Source: Chrysomallon squamiferum (lineage: Eukaryota; Animalia; Mollusca). From it: a stretch of 64,000 nt of DNA. The notes beneath the pieces are model-generated. The model was not told where the DNA came from, did not search any database, and worked only from the letters and a program-made list of their open reading frames with translations. Shown here piece by piece: positions 28,101 to 53,798 of the stretch; the first letter of the stretch is position 1, and every line of letters begins with the position of its first letter. A program made the position numbers and the translations under genes. The stretch covers positions 19,468,001 to 19,532,000 of the forward strand of contig CM022670.1 of the NCBI GenBank assembly GCA_012295275.1, given 5' to 3'.

Positions 28101-31100
28101 CATGATAAAAACAGTGTTATAAACACACCAAATTAAAACTGTTTTGGGTCAACAAGTAGGATTCTGGATGTGTATCCCTGATTAGCATCTTAATATTTTG
28201 TAATATGTTCATATTTTTCCTCTTTATTATTTTTTTAAAATGCTATATATAGTTACTTTAAAAATGTACTGAAACCAATTCATACAGTTACTTTGGATGC
28301 AAAACACAAAGCATTATAAACTGAAATACATTTTCATTCATACATCTTTGTTAGATAACTAGTCTTATATTTATTAATTTGTTTAACCCATTGATAAAGA
28401 AAATGGAAATAAAATTACAGCATCATAAAATTGATCATCAAGACTGTTGATGAGATGGTATCTGCTTTCTTGGTCATTGTACGAGTCACTAAGATCACTA
28501 CTGGAATCATAATCAGAACTTTTTGCACCTACAAAAAAATAAGAACCAAAAAAACCCAACAATTAAATGCTTAAAAAGTTTACATTTTTTTAACAATTAC
28601 TAGTATAAATAATAATTAGAAAACACTGTTTATCAGTGCTTCAACCATTATTCCTAAGCATGAAGTTCAATTTAATTATAAAATGAAAATTATATTTTGC
28701 AATGTTGCAGATGACTTAATACACACAAGTTACACATTCTTCTGTAAAACAAACACATTTCAATAAATACTTACTTGAACAGATTCTGCTTTTGATATTA
28801 CTTGTATCATCATTAGGAAAAGATTTAGAAGAAAGTAGTAATTTTTCAGTTTCTAACTTAATCTGATTTTGGAGATGCTTTGGTTTTTCTTTCAACTTTC
28901 TCAGACATGAACCTGCATCTTTTCTGAAAATATAATACCCTACAGGTAAGGCAAATAGATATATACACCCACATACAAATGTATTTAAGAGTTTGCTATT
29001 AAGAGAGTACACAATCACCATTTTAAAATACTGCAAGAAAAAACACAAACTACCTTATGAATTATTAATATTATAAACCTAATGACGTGTAGTATTTTGT
29101 TAAAATCCAAAGAAGGGCATATGCAAACATTGGTATAGTAAATAACTGAAAAAATTCAGACAACAGCATTAGCATTATTCAGTAAATACTCTTCACTAAT
29201 TAATATTAAATGCACATACACTGAATTCTAATATTTTTAACACACACACAAAAAAAAAAATATTTTATACTTACGATTTCATCTCATTTACAGTGGAAGC
29301 ATTTTTTTCAGTTTTGGACAGACCTCCTCACACTTAACAACTGCAAATTAATTATAAAAATGTCATGATTATCAATATCCAATATAAAATAGTTAAACTA
29401 GTAAATATATTAAAAACATTAAGCTGATATTTTGGATAGTAGACTAGGTATGTGAACCTTTTTCAAAAATATCTATTTTCCTATATAAATTTTATATTAT
29501 ATATCATCAGAAGAACCCCCCAAAAGCAGATTAAAATGACATCAAGATACTATTAATATAAAAAAAAGGCGTTTTTATCTTCATATAATTTGCCAGTATT
29601 TGTCCTTCAGAATCTATGGAGAAACTAATTCATTTCCTGAATATTTAACATAGTTTCAAACCAGTATACATGTATTATATATCAAAATGAAGCTTTAGAT
29701 GTGTTCTTGATCTGTAGAGTATTTTTGATCATGTTGTTATCATTCATGAATTTTAATTAATTAATTAATTGAAACTTACCTTAATTCTCAAAAACTCCAT
29801 AGAAATTAACCAGTATATTCAAGTCTGGAGAACTGTAGAAGCCTTTACTTTTTCACGCATTTTCCTAACATTCATTTTGTTTTATCAGTTAATTAATAAT
29901 ATTAATTAGCATTACTTTGCCTTATGACTTCATTATATATAGATGTAAAACAAATATAACTTGATTAGAACTGTCTTCATAATTATCATTTTTATGAGTG
30001 TATGACAATCAGGAAGAAAATATTATTATGCCACATAATTACAAAATCAAACAAAATAAACGAACTATCAAATTTTTCAGACATTGCTCCATTTGCCAAG
30101 AACACATATTTTGGTATTCAAATGAAGTACCTACTACTCTAAATATTTTTATGATATTGTGCAGACTATGAGAGAAATGCATAATTTGTCCAGAATGACC
30201 TTAGCTTAGACAACAATCATTTTGATATTGCAAGGTTTATCAAAGATCATGTCAACAAACGAATACAACGATGAAACTGAATATGCACACTATATCATAT
30301 TTGTTTACAAAAATATATAAAAATAATGAAGAAACAGAACTCCCTTGAAGGAAAACTAAAACATGTCATATAATGGTTTATAGAGGGTGTCCACAAAAAT
30401 GGGGAATTTTACTATGGTTATTTTTCTTACCCAGATTGAATAATGGCTCTGTGTAAAGAAGAAAGAATCGAGTTGGCTTGTGGCAGAAGGACAGAGTTGC
30501 AGAAGAATTCAACTTTAGACACCCTAATAGACAACCTATTTATTTTACTTATATATGGACACCCTGTATGAATAGTATTTTATAATTAAAACAACAAAAA
30601 AACAAAAAACAAAAAAAAAACAATAATAATAAAAAAAAAAATTTAAATATTCAAACATCTGAAAGGAACAAAAAATGGAAAAAAATAATATTCAACAAAA
30701 ATAAAAAAAACAAACAAAAAAGTAATATAAATTAAATTAACAATAATTAGATATTAACTTACTATTTACAATTTCATTGCCATAGAAATGTTGTAGGCCA
30801 TGAATTCGTCTCCTTACTCCTTCAGATCCAAATAGAATTACTGAAAACAAATTTAATTTACTCTTTATAACAAAAAGTTGGATGCTATGTAACTTATTGT
30901 AAGTATGTTGAAATGGTTTGAAAATCATATCCCTTTTTCTGTCACATCTGCCACAATATATTTTTATATAATTCGATTAATAAACCAGTATATTTAATAA
31001 CAACAATATAATAAGAATAATACTGTATTTTAATTATTTACAATATTATGATTATATTTAAATATATTCACATAATGATAATTCAGTTCTATTCGGATAT

Positions 31101-31158
31101 TTTGCGTTAATCAAATTTTACATGTAATTTATTACTTTGTATAATATAAAATTCGTTT

Positions 31159-31193
<35 letters not shown>

Positions 31194-31480
31194 CTTAAGT
31201 TATACTGTACAACTGGTTCGTGATTTAAGAATTTATTCAAGAATCAAGAACTTCAACTCAGAACTGTTGAAGAAGTTCACTGTTCAATTTAAAATATTTC
31301 CATTCTTTTTCTCGGTCTAGTACATCAGTGCTATAATATCATTTATATTATAAATTTATTTATACCTTTATCTAATGTTAATTTGCCTGTGTTACCATCA
31401 ACCGAATGAACAAAGCCTGAAAATTCATCTCCTTCTATAAGTTTTATTTGAACTTTGCTTCCAATATGAGCCGACGCCAT
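23738..31480 (-). CDS. EXD1: piRNA biogenesis protein EXD1-like (Sm-like N-terminus, degenerate DEDD 3'-5' exonuclease domain, long disordered C-terminus), 12 exons, about 900 aa
   Basis: Exons: 31480-31366 (MASAHIGSKVQIKLIEGDEFSGFVHSVD), 30840-30763, 29340-29275 (frame problem, see findings), 28923-28775, 28528-28419 (YHLINSLDDQFYDA), 27742-27656 (IIALSFEGVEIGREGTLAWI), 27300-27196 (LFDVLSLG..ILESQNVLK), 26829-26749 (VIHDCRFISDLLYHQ..NIFDTQ), 26549-26409 (VAD), 26135-25944 (WCQRP), 25564-25351, 25110-23738. The KVIHDCR..SD.L.HQ..N.FDTQVAD string and W..RP are characteristic of the EXD1 family. Confidence 0.88.
30383..30566. mobile_element. Tc1/mariner-type MITE in EXD1 intron 2
   Basis: TA-(G)AGGGTGTCCA at the left end and TGGACACCCTG-TA at the right: near-perfect terminal inverted repeats flanked by TA. 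Confidence 0.65.
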
Positions 31481-32937
31481 TTTCAGATGGGAGATAACTC
31501 TAAAAACTATAAATGTAATTTTCTTTATGAAAAATAACCTCAATAACCAAAGCTAGTAAAGATCAATAAAAGAAAACATTATGTACATGTTTATAATTAT
31601 ATAATGATGAATGAATATGCGTATATTCCTTACGGAAAATCAGACGGAGAATCGTTTGACGACGTCATAAGACAACTATAAACATTTGGGAACTGGGAAC
31701 TTGTCAAGAAAATATACTGACATATGATATCATTTCTGAACTCTGACTTTCATAAAGGAACTAGAAATTTCTTCTAGTGGATTGAACAGTTAACATTTTA
31801 TTATTCTTTGTATTTCGAACAGAATTTTAGTTCTTCTCTAAATGTTCAGTTTATATGACCTTTTTCTTATTCAGTGTATGAACTCCTGTTAACATTAAAA
31901 AAAAATAAATTAGATCTCAACAATTCCCGAAATCCGAATTGTTTATTACTTTGTGGGGAAAGTACGATTACATATCTGCTGACAAAAAAAGTACGAATGT
32001 CTTCATACGAGTGTGATATATACAAAAGTCGTTTCAGACTGAGTATCTACAATTTGTATTGCACATCGCCGAATGACCTCATTTGGGTTTCTTTGCACGA
32101 ATCTTTATTTACATTTTAGAATGGAAGATGAGATATGATTTGGTTGACGTGTGTGTAAACTCCACTGACCAGCTCACACCTTAAAATAACGCAAAATGAG
32201 ATTAGTTTGCTTTAACATTTTCTCTTATGTTTTAAGAATATCTCTCTTCAGTTGTCATCCACTACAAAAGGGTGTTGAGAGACAGTGATTCATTTCAACA
32301 ATAACAGCCAGTAAAAGCACCTTCATGTTTAAATAGTGCTACAAAACTGATAAAGCGTTCATGTAATTTAACTTATAATTACTAGTATATTTGTGTCATA
32401 TTTTACAAGATCTTTAATTTGTCCGTTCATATTCATAGTATAATTCTGGTGTTTTCCTTACAAATTTGCATAATATAAATAAGTATAAACAGATAGCAGA
32501 AGTATGAGACAAATACACAGACATACAGATAGACAGATAATAAATAGAGTAAGAAAAAGAGAAAGATTGTTAAAGAGATAAATGTGTGTTTGTGTGTGTG
32601 TGTGCACAACTATGAATACTAAAGGTAAACAATTTTTCTTAAATATTTTTAATTACGATTTGTGAACAAATGAAGCTTTAAAGGTAAAGTAAACGGGGAA
32701 GAAATTTGTTCGTCAGTGTACATTTCAATCTCAGAGAAAATCTACGTACATGAATTGTGTCTCAAAACACGAGTATGTCAGTCTGTGAAGGTTTGTGTTA
32801 AGATACTTTGAATGCAAATATTCAGGTCAGCAGTTCGGGGTATTCTGAGTAAACGTTTTATGAACGCGTTCAAGTTACTTCCTTGTTGAGAAAAAAAAAT
32901 AAAAAAATAAATAAAATCAAAGGCACGAGAATACAAA
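31481..32937. promoter_or_regulatory. Divergent (head-to-head) promoter interval between EXD1 and receptor A
   Basis: Start codons face away from each other about 1.46 kb apart; small CpG-containing patch with a CRE-like GACGTCA at 31661-31667. Transcription starts not determinable. Confidence 0.4.
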
Positions 32938-44402
<11,465 letters not shown>

Positions 44403-44564
44403 ATATTTTCCACCACGAATAATCGCCTTTATTTTTAATCAGTGCTTTTATCTGTAATACTCGGTGCAAAACTAAGATTAAGAAAAAGCGAAGTAAAGAA
44501 ATAAATACAAATATTTCTTTATATAAATTGTTTTCTTTATCGTTCAAAAGTTAAATTATGTATT

Positions 44565-44601
<37 letters not shown>

Positions 44602-44917
44602 TGAGCAGTGACCCAAAAGTGGAAATACAGTGTGTATATATTCGTATGCTATTAAGTCTCAAACACCAGTATTTCCATATTTGTATATGTAAATCTTCAT
44701 CACTCAAATGTTTAATTATATTTTTCTGTATGTAGATGTTTATAATTCGTCATTTAACAGGAATACAAAACATTTCTTTATATAAATTGCTTTCTTCTTT
44801 AAAAGAAAGTACTTGAATAAATGTATGCATAAATTTTATCTAAATATTTAATATTCAAAGGCTTGTAATTCTATAATTAAATGTTAAAATTTGTTGCTGT
44901 CTTTAAAAATACACCAT

Positions 44918-45175
44918 CAGGGCCTACAAGAGAAATTCTACAAGGCGTACAAGACACCTCTGGGGCCCCGAGGAAGGCAAATATTTTTCTCAAAATTGAT
45001 GATTTGATGTTGAATAAACCTACACTTAAACTCACATAAATGCTTTGTTACCATGATCAGATATAACATAATTTAACAAACATATTTAATTAATGCATGG
45101 TTGCTGTGGGGCCTTTCTTAGCTCTTGGGCCCTGGAACAAATTACCAGATGGATCCACCCCTCTCATAGGCAAGG
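44918..45175. mobile_element. Probable degraded DNA-transposon MITE
   Basis: CAGGGCCTACAAGAG start with partial inverted match CTCTCATAGGCAAGG; internal GGGGCCCC/GGGCCC motifs; no clean TSD. Confidence 0.4.
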
Positions 45176-45796
45176 CAGGCCATCATCATATTTAAAAATG
45201 CATATGTGTGTATATATGTGTAACTCGGAAAAATGGAGCGTCCATACATTTTGTAAGTACAGTTTATACACAGCTGTTTATTTGTATATACCATTAGCTC
45301 TATTTATGGCATGCACAGATAATTTGTTTTACTAATAACTCGATTAGTTTCAAAGTACAAATGATAATCAGATTTGACATATTAGCTGTTAATCTTATAT
45401 CATATAATTACTATTAACATATTAGCTGTTTAGTAAAGTTATAAAGATTTACCTCTAACAATGTTCTTATTTCATAATAGTGAACATATTTCTGTGTTTA
45501 TCTGAGTGTTATTGGTTTATATTTGTTTATAATTATTATTAATTTTGTTTACGTTTATTATTTATGTTATTAATAGCATACATTTATTTGAGTGTTCACA
45601 TATTCTTTATTATCATTGTTTTTGATGTTATTGTCTTTCTTTCATTTTTTATTATTACCTCGAAATAAATGTTTTACCAAAACATATAGATTTGTCATGT
45701 TTGAAGTAAAAAGAATCAATTTCATTTTATAAATTTCAGCTTTATTTTGGTATTAATATCAGATTCAATTAATACTTTGTTATAATGATTTTCATA

Positions 45797-47185
45797 CGTG
45801 AAAATTAAATGATCTATGATAATATACATGGTTTATTACTTTAGTCTACAAAATCTGTGAATTCCACAATAGCTACTAGATAGTTGTAATTATTTTTAAT
45901 TTCTATGAAGAGTTTATAAATTTAATTTTAGTTTTTTGGAAAAGGAGAAGAAGAAGAAAAAGCAAATTAAAGTAAAGAATGAAACAAACAAACAAAAAAG
46001 AAATCGTCACGATTCTGTGGTATTTATAAATTGAAAGTTTTTATCATTTTAGAGTAAATGTATTTCTATACCTCGATACACGCGGAGAAACATTATATGT
46101 AATGTATGATTGTGTGATAAGGGTTTATTTCTTTTATTTTTAAATCGCATTTTCGCTCCAGTTACACGCAGACACACACACTCACACACTCACACACGCA
46201 CACACGCACACACATACACAAGCATACGCACACACATCTGACAGATAAAGGTTAGAGAAATAAATAAAAGAGAAAGGAAACAAAGCCGAAAGAACACAAC
46301 TTATTAGGAAAAAAAAAAAAACAAAAAAACAAGCTATACAACGATTATATACAAGCTATACAACGAACGAAGTGAGTAAATGATAGGTGATTTTTTTTGA
46401 ATGGTTTTTATCAGTCATATAGACCTTTGTCATTTATTCTATTCTGTTTACATTACAGGAGATAAAACTAGATAAAATACGTGACAACTTATCGAGCAAC
46501 TGAGAGTTAAAGGGAAATGATTATATACTAATATTACATATATATATATAATAATATATAACAATAAAAGTAAGCTCCAATATACAGTACAGTTAAAAGA
46601 AAAATCATAAATATAACGTATTTAGTAATCAAAATTATTGTTCTCTCTTTCATCACACACACATACACACACACACATATACATACGTACACATACACAC
46701 CCACACCCAAGCACACATATATACACATACACACCTAACTATGTTGCTTCCTAGTAAATGTGTTACTATCACTTTTTCAGCTAGTTTGGAAAAAAAAATA
46801 TTTTGTTTTTCTATTTTCTATATTTCATTTAGGATAATTAAATAATCGGCAACAATATGATGTATGTATTTATAACACAGTTATATACTTTCGTTTTAAA
46901 AGCAAAGAAAGAAAAGGCTTATTGATATAATATCAAATATTTGTAAATCAGTTTTCATCAAACATTTTACCGTCTTGATTCATCTTTCTTTAACAAAGCA
47001 TTTTTGCTACCTGTTTTGCGAGATCTAAGATAAAAGATACACATTTTTTTTAACATTAGTTAACTTCGATTTATTTGTATGTAATATAAGTAATTTATTA
47101 GATATGATATCACTGCAATGCATTGTAACAACATATCTATATATATTTATATAAAAATATTAAATATACTTCTAGTTTGTAAGAT

Positions 47186-47278
<93 letters not shown>

Positions 47279-48955
47279 AACCAGTAGGTATGTTCGCGAC
47301 CGCTTTTGAAAGAGTATAGACTAGTGTCATAGGAATGCCAAACTTGTAATTAGTATTTAATTTAATGTTTTGTAATATTAATTTTATATATTTTTTATCA
47401 GTGAATATCCTTGAAATAAAATTTGCAAATTCAGATTTTTCCTGTATATTCAATCAAAAATTATGTGTTGCCAGTGGCGAAACATGCAATAGGTACTGAG
47501 TGGAAGGAAGAAAGAGAAAAGACCAAATCATTCCTTACTAGTTTCCAGTGCTTAAAATGAGTTTAAGACATCAAAAAGTAATCTTCATTTTATACTTTCT
47601 TGACTAGGAGAAGAACATTTTTTATTTGATTCTTTGCTTTTTCTTCAGAATCAATGGGGTGGGGAAAAGCGTCTGTAATCCAAATAATAAAAATGTGTGG
47701 TCTTAGATAAGAATATATTTTCAATTTGTGACCAGATGGTTTAGTCCACTGAAGTATATATTTTATCACTGGTGAATTCATCCATTTATCTTTTCACTGA
47801 ATCATTCACATTCTGCTTGATTTTTATTCTGTTTATTTTGTAGTATACTGCTTGGATTCGGAACAGTAGCAATCACTGGAAACATGGAAATTATATTTAT
47901 CATAAAAAGTGTATCTGATATCATCACTCTTTAACATAGAGCAAAATAACAAGTGATACCAACAAAACATTCGTTTCAAATACAATTTCTGAAAATATAT
48001 ATTTAGTTATTATCAAATTAATAATTGTGACTTGCTTACATGTATAAGATTTACAATAAAATGAAAGTTTTGCAGTGGTGAAAAGCACCAAAATGTTCAA
48101 ATTCCAAGTTTCTCTTTGTGTTTTTGCTATTTTCAATATCGATAGATCCATAATACTAAAATAAAATTATGTTTCATATTTTCTAATATCCTCAAGTATT
48201 CTCAAATGACATTTCGAAGAAAAACGATGACGGGTAAACGCATTTTCAAGTCACCCAGAACATCAGTGAAACTCGTTGAGAACTGGCGTAATGAATGAGG
48301 TTACAAAGATGAAAGCATCGAATTAAATCCTAAAATCTGATCATTAAACAGAGAGCTATTCAGTAAAGGGTGTAAAAAGTCATTTGATATTAGTAAACAG
48401 CGTTTAAAACCTGTCAGTCAGTTATCTGTCCTCATGGTGAGAGTGTACAAGTAGTTACTTGATAGGTGTGAATTATATGGCTACAGTATATTTAAATTAC
48501 CACGTAGTATTGCGATCTCGAGATTGTTGCGCGTTTTTCCGATCGTTAGAATGTGCGGCGCGATCTTAACTAGCGCAGATTGGAACAGATTGAGAGAGGG
48601 ATCAAAAAACTTTTCGTTCGAATATCTATTAACAGAAAACGTTTTATGGGATTATTGTAGGTAAAATAAATGTTTTAAATTACAGATATAATATGAACCA
48701 ATAATTTTAGAAAGGTAAAATATACAAGACACAACTTGAAGACTAGAAATGAATTCATACATTACTTTTGACAAAAAAAATATAAAAATTGTTAAGATAA
48801 GGAAAAATAGATAACGGAAGAGGCGACACAGATTACACATTTGTAAACTTAATAGTCCCCACTACTAGAAACAAGGTCCTTAAAAGGTAAATACATCAAC
48901 AGTTTTTATATAATATCTTACTTTATAAAAAAGTATCTTACATCCACTTGCAGAG
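45797..48955 (+). repeat. Segmental duplication block X, copy 1 (paralog at 50894-53681)
   Basis: Colinear shared sequence from cgtg(a/g)aaattaaa(t/c)gatctatgat to catccacttgcaga, including the same (CA)n and (GA)n tracts. Confidence 0.9.
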
Positions 48956-49544
48956 GCGTTTGCAATATTCAAGCAATTTAATTGGTAATAACTGTTATGC
49001 TTGTATGTCAGATAAATGACATACTAAGTGCTAATTCACTGTCTGTTTAGATAAAGGAAACATACACAATTTAAAAAGTAAATGTTCAAGGCGCAATACA
49101 GAAATTAAATAAACTTAAATATTAATTGAAATATTCATTACTACTGCTACATATATATATATAAATGTAAATATAAAAATACTAGTTGTAAATGATTCTG
49201 AATTGTTGTTTTTTTAATTCAGAGTCGGTGAACAAATATAAACTTGAGTATAGTCTTTAATGAATAAGTAAAGTTAACAGAGAAGGTGTTGTTGGACCAG
49301 TGAATATGTTTAGAGAATCTCCATCCGAGAATTCTATCAGAATACGAGTTTGTGATCTAAGAAGGTTTCTTTTTAAATGCTTTCAATGTAAATATTCAGA
49401 TCATAGCTCGGGGTATTTTGAGTAAATGCTTTATGTACTCGTTCAAGTTACTTCCTGGTTGAAATAATAAAACATTAAAAAAAAAGGATAAAATGTTCAG
49501 TTTATATTAGCTTTTTCTTATTCAATGTAGGAATTTCTGCTAAA

Positions 49545-50893
49545 TTTAAAAAAAAAAATTAGATCTCAACAATTCCCGAAATCTGAATTGTTTATTACTT
49601 TGTGATGGGAAAAGTACGATTACATATCTGTTAAAAAAAATAAATAAAATGCCTTTATATATCGAAAGTCTTCATACGAGTGAAATATATACACATGTCG
49701 TTTCAGACTGAGTATCTACAATTTGTATTTCACATCGCCGAATCCATTCATTTGGGTTTCTTTGCACAAATCTTTATTTACATTTTAGAATGGAAGATGA
49801 GATATGATTTGGTTGACTTGTGTGTAAACTCCACTGACCAGAGCACACCTTAAAATAACGCAAAATGAGATTAGTTTGCTTTAACATTTTCTCTTATATT
49901 TTAAAAACATCTGTCTTGAGTTGACATCCACTACACAAGGGGGGTGGGGAGATGTAAAAACTTAACACTTAACAAAACTGCTAATTAATTTTAATTAGGA
50001 ATTTAATAGTTGGGAAAATTCCACTGTGGAGCTGACTCTACATAAATGTTTAAATAGTGCTACAAAATTGATATAGCCTTCGTGTAATTTAACTTATAAT
50101 TACTAGTATATTTGTTTGGTTCATATTTTACAAGGTCTTTAATTTTTCCGTTCATATTCATAGTATAATTCCGGTGTTTTTCTTACAAATGTGCATAATA
50201 TAAATAAGTATAAACAGATAGCAGAAGTATGAGATAAATACACAGACATACAGATAGATAGGTAGATAGATATATAATAAATAGATAGAGAGGTAGATAG
50301 ATCAATGGAATAAGAAAAAGAGAAAGATTGTTAAAGAGATAAATGTGTGTGTGTGTGTGTGTGTGTGTTTGTGTGTGCACAACTATGAATACTAAAAGTA
50401 AACAATCTTTCTTAAACAAATTTAATTACAATTTGTGAACAAATACAGAAGCTTTAAGGTGAAGTAAACGAGGAAGAAATTTGTTCTTCAGTGTACATTT
50501 CAATCTGAGAGAAAAGCTCCATACATGAATTGTGTCTCAAAACACGAGTGTGTCAGTCTGTGAAGATTTCTGTTTAGAAACTTTGAATGCAAATATTCAG
50601 GTCAGCAGTTCGGGGTATTCTTAGTAAACATTTTATGAACGCGTTCAAGTCACTTCCTTGTTGAGAGAAAAAAATCAAAATCAAAATCAAATCAAAGGCA
50701 GGAGAATACAAAATGGAGGTAATCGGACTGATATTTGATCTGTTCGTAGTAGGCTTTTTGATTCTTGAAAGGAAATTTTTATTAGCTGAATTTGGTGAGT
50801 TGTGATTTAATGTTTATTAAAATCTGCTGTATTTGCTAGTTATATCTTGTCTTTGAATTATATTGCAATTATATTTTCTATATCTTTATGAAA
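49545..50893 (+). repeat. Duplicate of the receptor A upstream region and exon 1 (about 31895-33118)
   Basis: Colinear from aattagatctcaacaattcccgaaatc through the signal-peptide exon to tatctttatgaaac. Confidence 0.9.
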
Positions 50894-51498
50894 CGTGGAA
50901 ATTAAACGATCTATGATTATATATATGTGGTTTATAACTTAGTTTTCAGAATCTGTGAATTCCTTAATAGGTACTAGATACTTGTAATTGTTATTAAGTA
51001 AATATATTTCTATACCCCGATACACGCAGAGAGACATTATGTGAATGTATGATTGTGTGGTAAGTATTTATTTTTATATTTTTAAATCGCATTTTCGCTG
51101 CAGATACACGCGCGCGCGCACACACACACACACATACACACACACAGACTCCAACATACACACACACACCAACACACACACACACACCAACACACATACA
51201 CATACAAATCTCACGACAGACAAAGGTTACAGAAATAAATAAAAGAGAAAGGAAACAAAGCCGAAAGAACACAACTTATTAGGAAAAAACAAACAAACAA
51301 GCTATACAAAAATTATAGTTGAACGAACAAAGTGAGTAAAGCATCTGTGATATTTTTTGAATGGTTTTTATCAGTCATATAGACCTTTGTCATTTAGTCC
51401 ATTCTGTTAACATTACAGTAGATAAAACCATATAAAATATGTGACAAGTTACTCAGCAACTGAGAGTTAAAGAGAAATAATTAAGATTATTTTAAGAT

Positions 51499-51546
<48 letters not shown>

Positions 51547-51716
51547 CAAGGAAGAAATATATCTATGCTTTATTATTTTTGATTGTTTCTTGTTAGAAGA
51601 TATAATCCTTGATTTGTAATATATAACAAGAACAGTAAGGTCCCATGTACAGTGTAATTAAAAGAGAAATCATAAATATAATGTATTAAGTATTCATCAT
51701 ATTGTTCTGGCTTCCA

Positions 51717-51759
<43 letters not shown>

Positions 51760-52192
51760 ACAATGTTTCTTTCCAGTAAATGTGTTACTATCACTCTCAG
51801 CTAGTTTGGAAATATGAATATTTTGTTATTTCTATTTTCTATATTTCGTTTAGGATAATTACCGTAAAATATTTACTTTTGTCGTGAAAGCAATGAGAGA
51901 AGGTTTATTGATATTCGTAAATCAGTTTTCATCAAACATTTTACCGTCTGGTTCATCTTTCTTTAACAAAAAATTTTGGCTACCTCTTTTGCGATATTTA
52001 AGATAAAAGATACAAAAAAATGTAACAACAATGTTAATAAATTTTTACATTAGTTAATTTCGATTTATTTTTATGTAATTACAGTAATTTATTGGATATA
52101 ATATTGTAATGCAGACAACAACATGGACTAGAGTTTATATAAACAAATATTAAAAATAGCACCACTGATAATATACTTCTATTATGTAAGAT

Positions 52193-52267
<75 letters not shown>

Positions 52268-53765
52268 AACCATTAAATATTAATTCTATATATTTTTTGT
52301 TACTAACATTTACTTAGGTATATTATTTAATTAGGTTACATCAATATTATCAGTGAATATCCTTGAAATGAAATTTGCAAATTTTTCCAGTAATATTAAT
52401 GAAAAATTATCAATAGGTATTGAGTGGAAGGAATAAAGAGAAAATAGCAAATCATTCCTTACCCAAAAGCATTGTTTTGGAGTTTCCAATGCTTAAAATG
52501 AGTTTAAGACATCAAAAAGTAATCTTCATTTTATACTTTCTTGACTAGGAGAAGAACATTTTATTTTGATTTTTTGTTTTTTCTTCCAAATCACTGGGGT
52601 GGGAGAAAAGCATCTGTAATCCAAGTAATAAAAATGTGTGGTCTTAGATAAGAATATATTTTCAATTTGTGACCAGATGGTTTAGTCCACTGAAGTATAT
52701 ATTTTATCACTGGTGCATTCATCCATGTATCTTTTCACTGAATCATTCACATTCTGCTTGATTTTTATTCTGTTTATTTTGTAGTATACTGCTTGGATTC
52801 GGAACAATAGCAATCACTGCAAACATGGAAATTAAATTTATCATAAAAAATGTATTTGAAATCATCACTCTTTAACATAGAGCAAAATAACATTCGTTTT
52901 AGTACAATTTTGGAAAATATATATTTACTTATTATCAAATTAATAATTGTGACTTGCATATATGTATAAAATTTACAATAAAATGAATGTTTTGCAGTGT
53001 TGAAAAGGACTAAAATGTTCAAATTGCAAGTTTTTCTTTGTGTTTTTACTATTTTCAATTTCGGAAGATCGATAATACTAGAATAAAATTATGTTTCATA
53101 TTTTCTAATATCCTTAAGTACTCTCAAATGACATTTCGAAGAGAAACGATGACGGGTAAACGCACTTTCAAGTCACCCAGAGCATCAGTGTAACTCGTTG
53201 AGTACTGGCGTAATGAATGAGGTTACAAAGATTTTATGTTTTCTAATATCCTCAAGTATTTCCGATCGTTAGAATGTGCGGCGCGATCTTAACTCGAGCA
53301 GATCAAACTCAGATTGAGAGAGGGATCACAAAACCTTTCGTGCGAATATCTACTAACCAGAAAACTTTTTATGGGATTATTGTAGGTAAAATAAATGTTT
53401 TAAATTACAGATATAATCTGAACCAATAATTTTAGAAAGGTAAATATACAAGACACAACAAGTTGAAGACTAGAAATGAATTCATACATTACTTTTGACG
53501 AAAAGTATTAAAAATTGTTAAGATAAGGAAAAATAGATAACGGAAGAGGCGTACACAGATTACACATTTGTAAACTTAATAGTCCCCACTACTAGAAACA
53601 AGGTCCTTAAAAGGTAAATGCATCAACTGTTTTTATATAATATCTTACTTTATAAAAAAGTACCTTACATCCACTTGCAGACAAGGTCTTCTTCGATCAA
53701 TGCATATGTTGAGATAACGCTTTATGAACTCGTTCAAGTTACTTCTTGGTTGAAATAATAAAACA

Positions 53766-53798
<33 letters not shown>

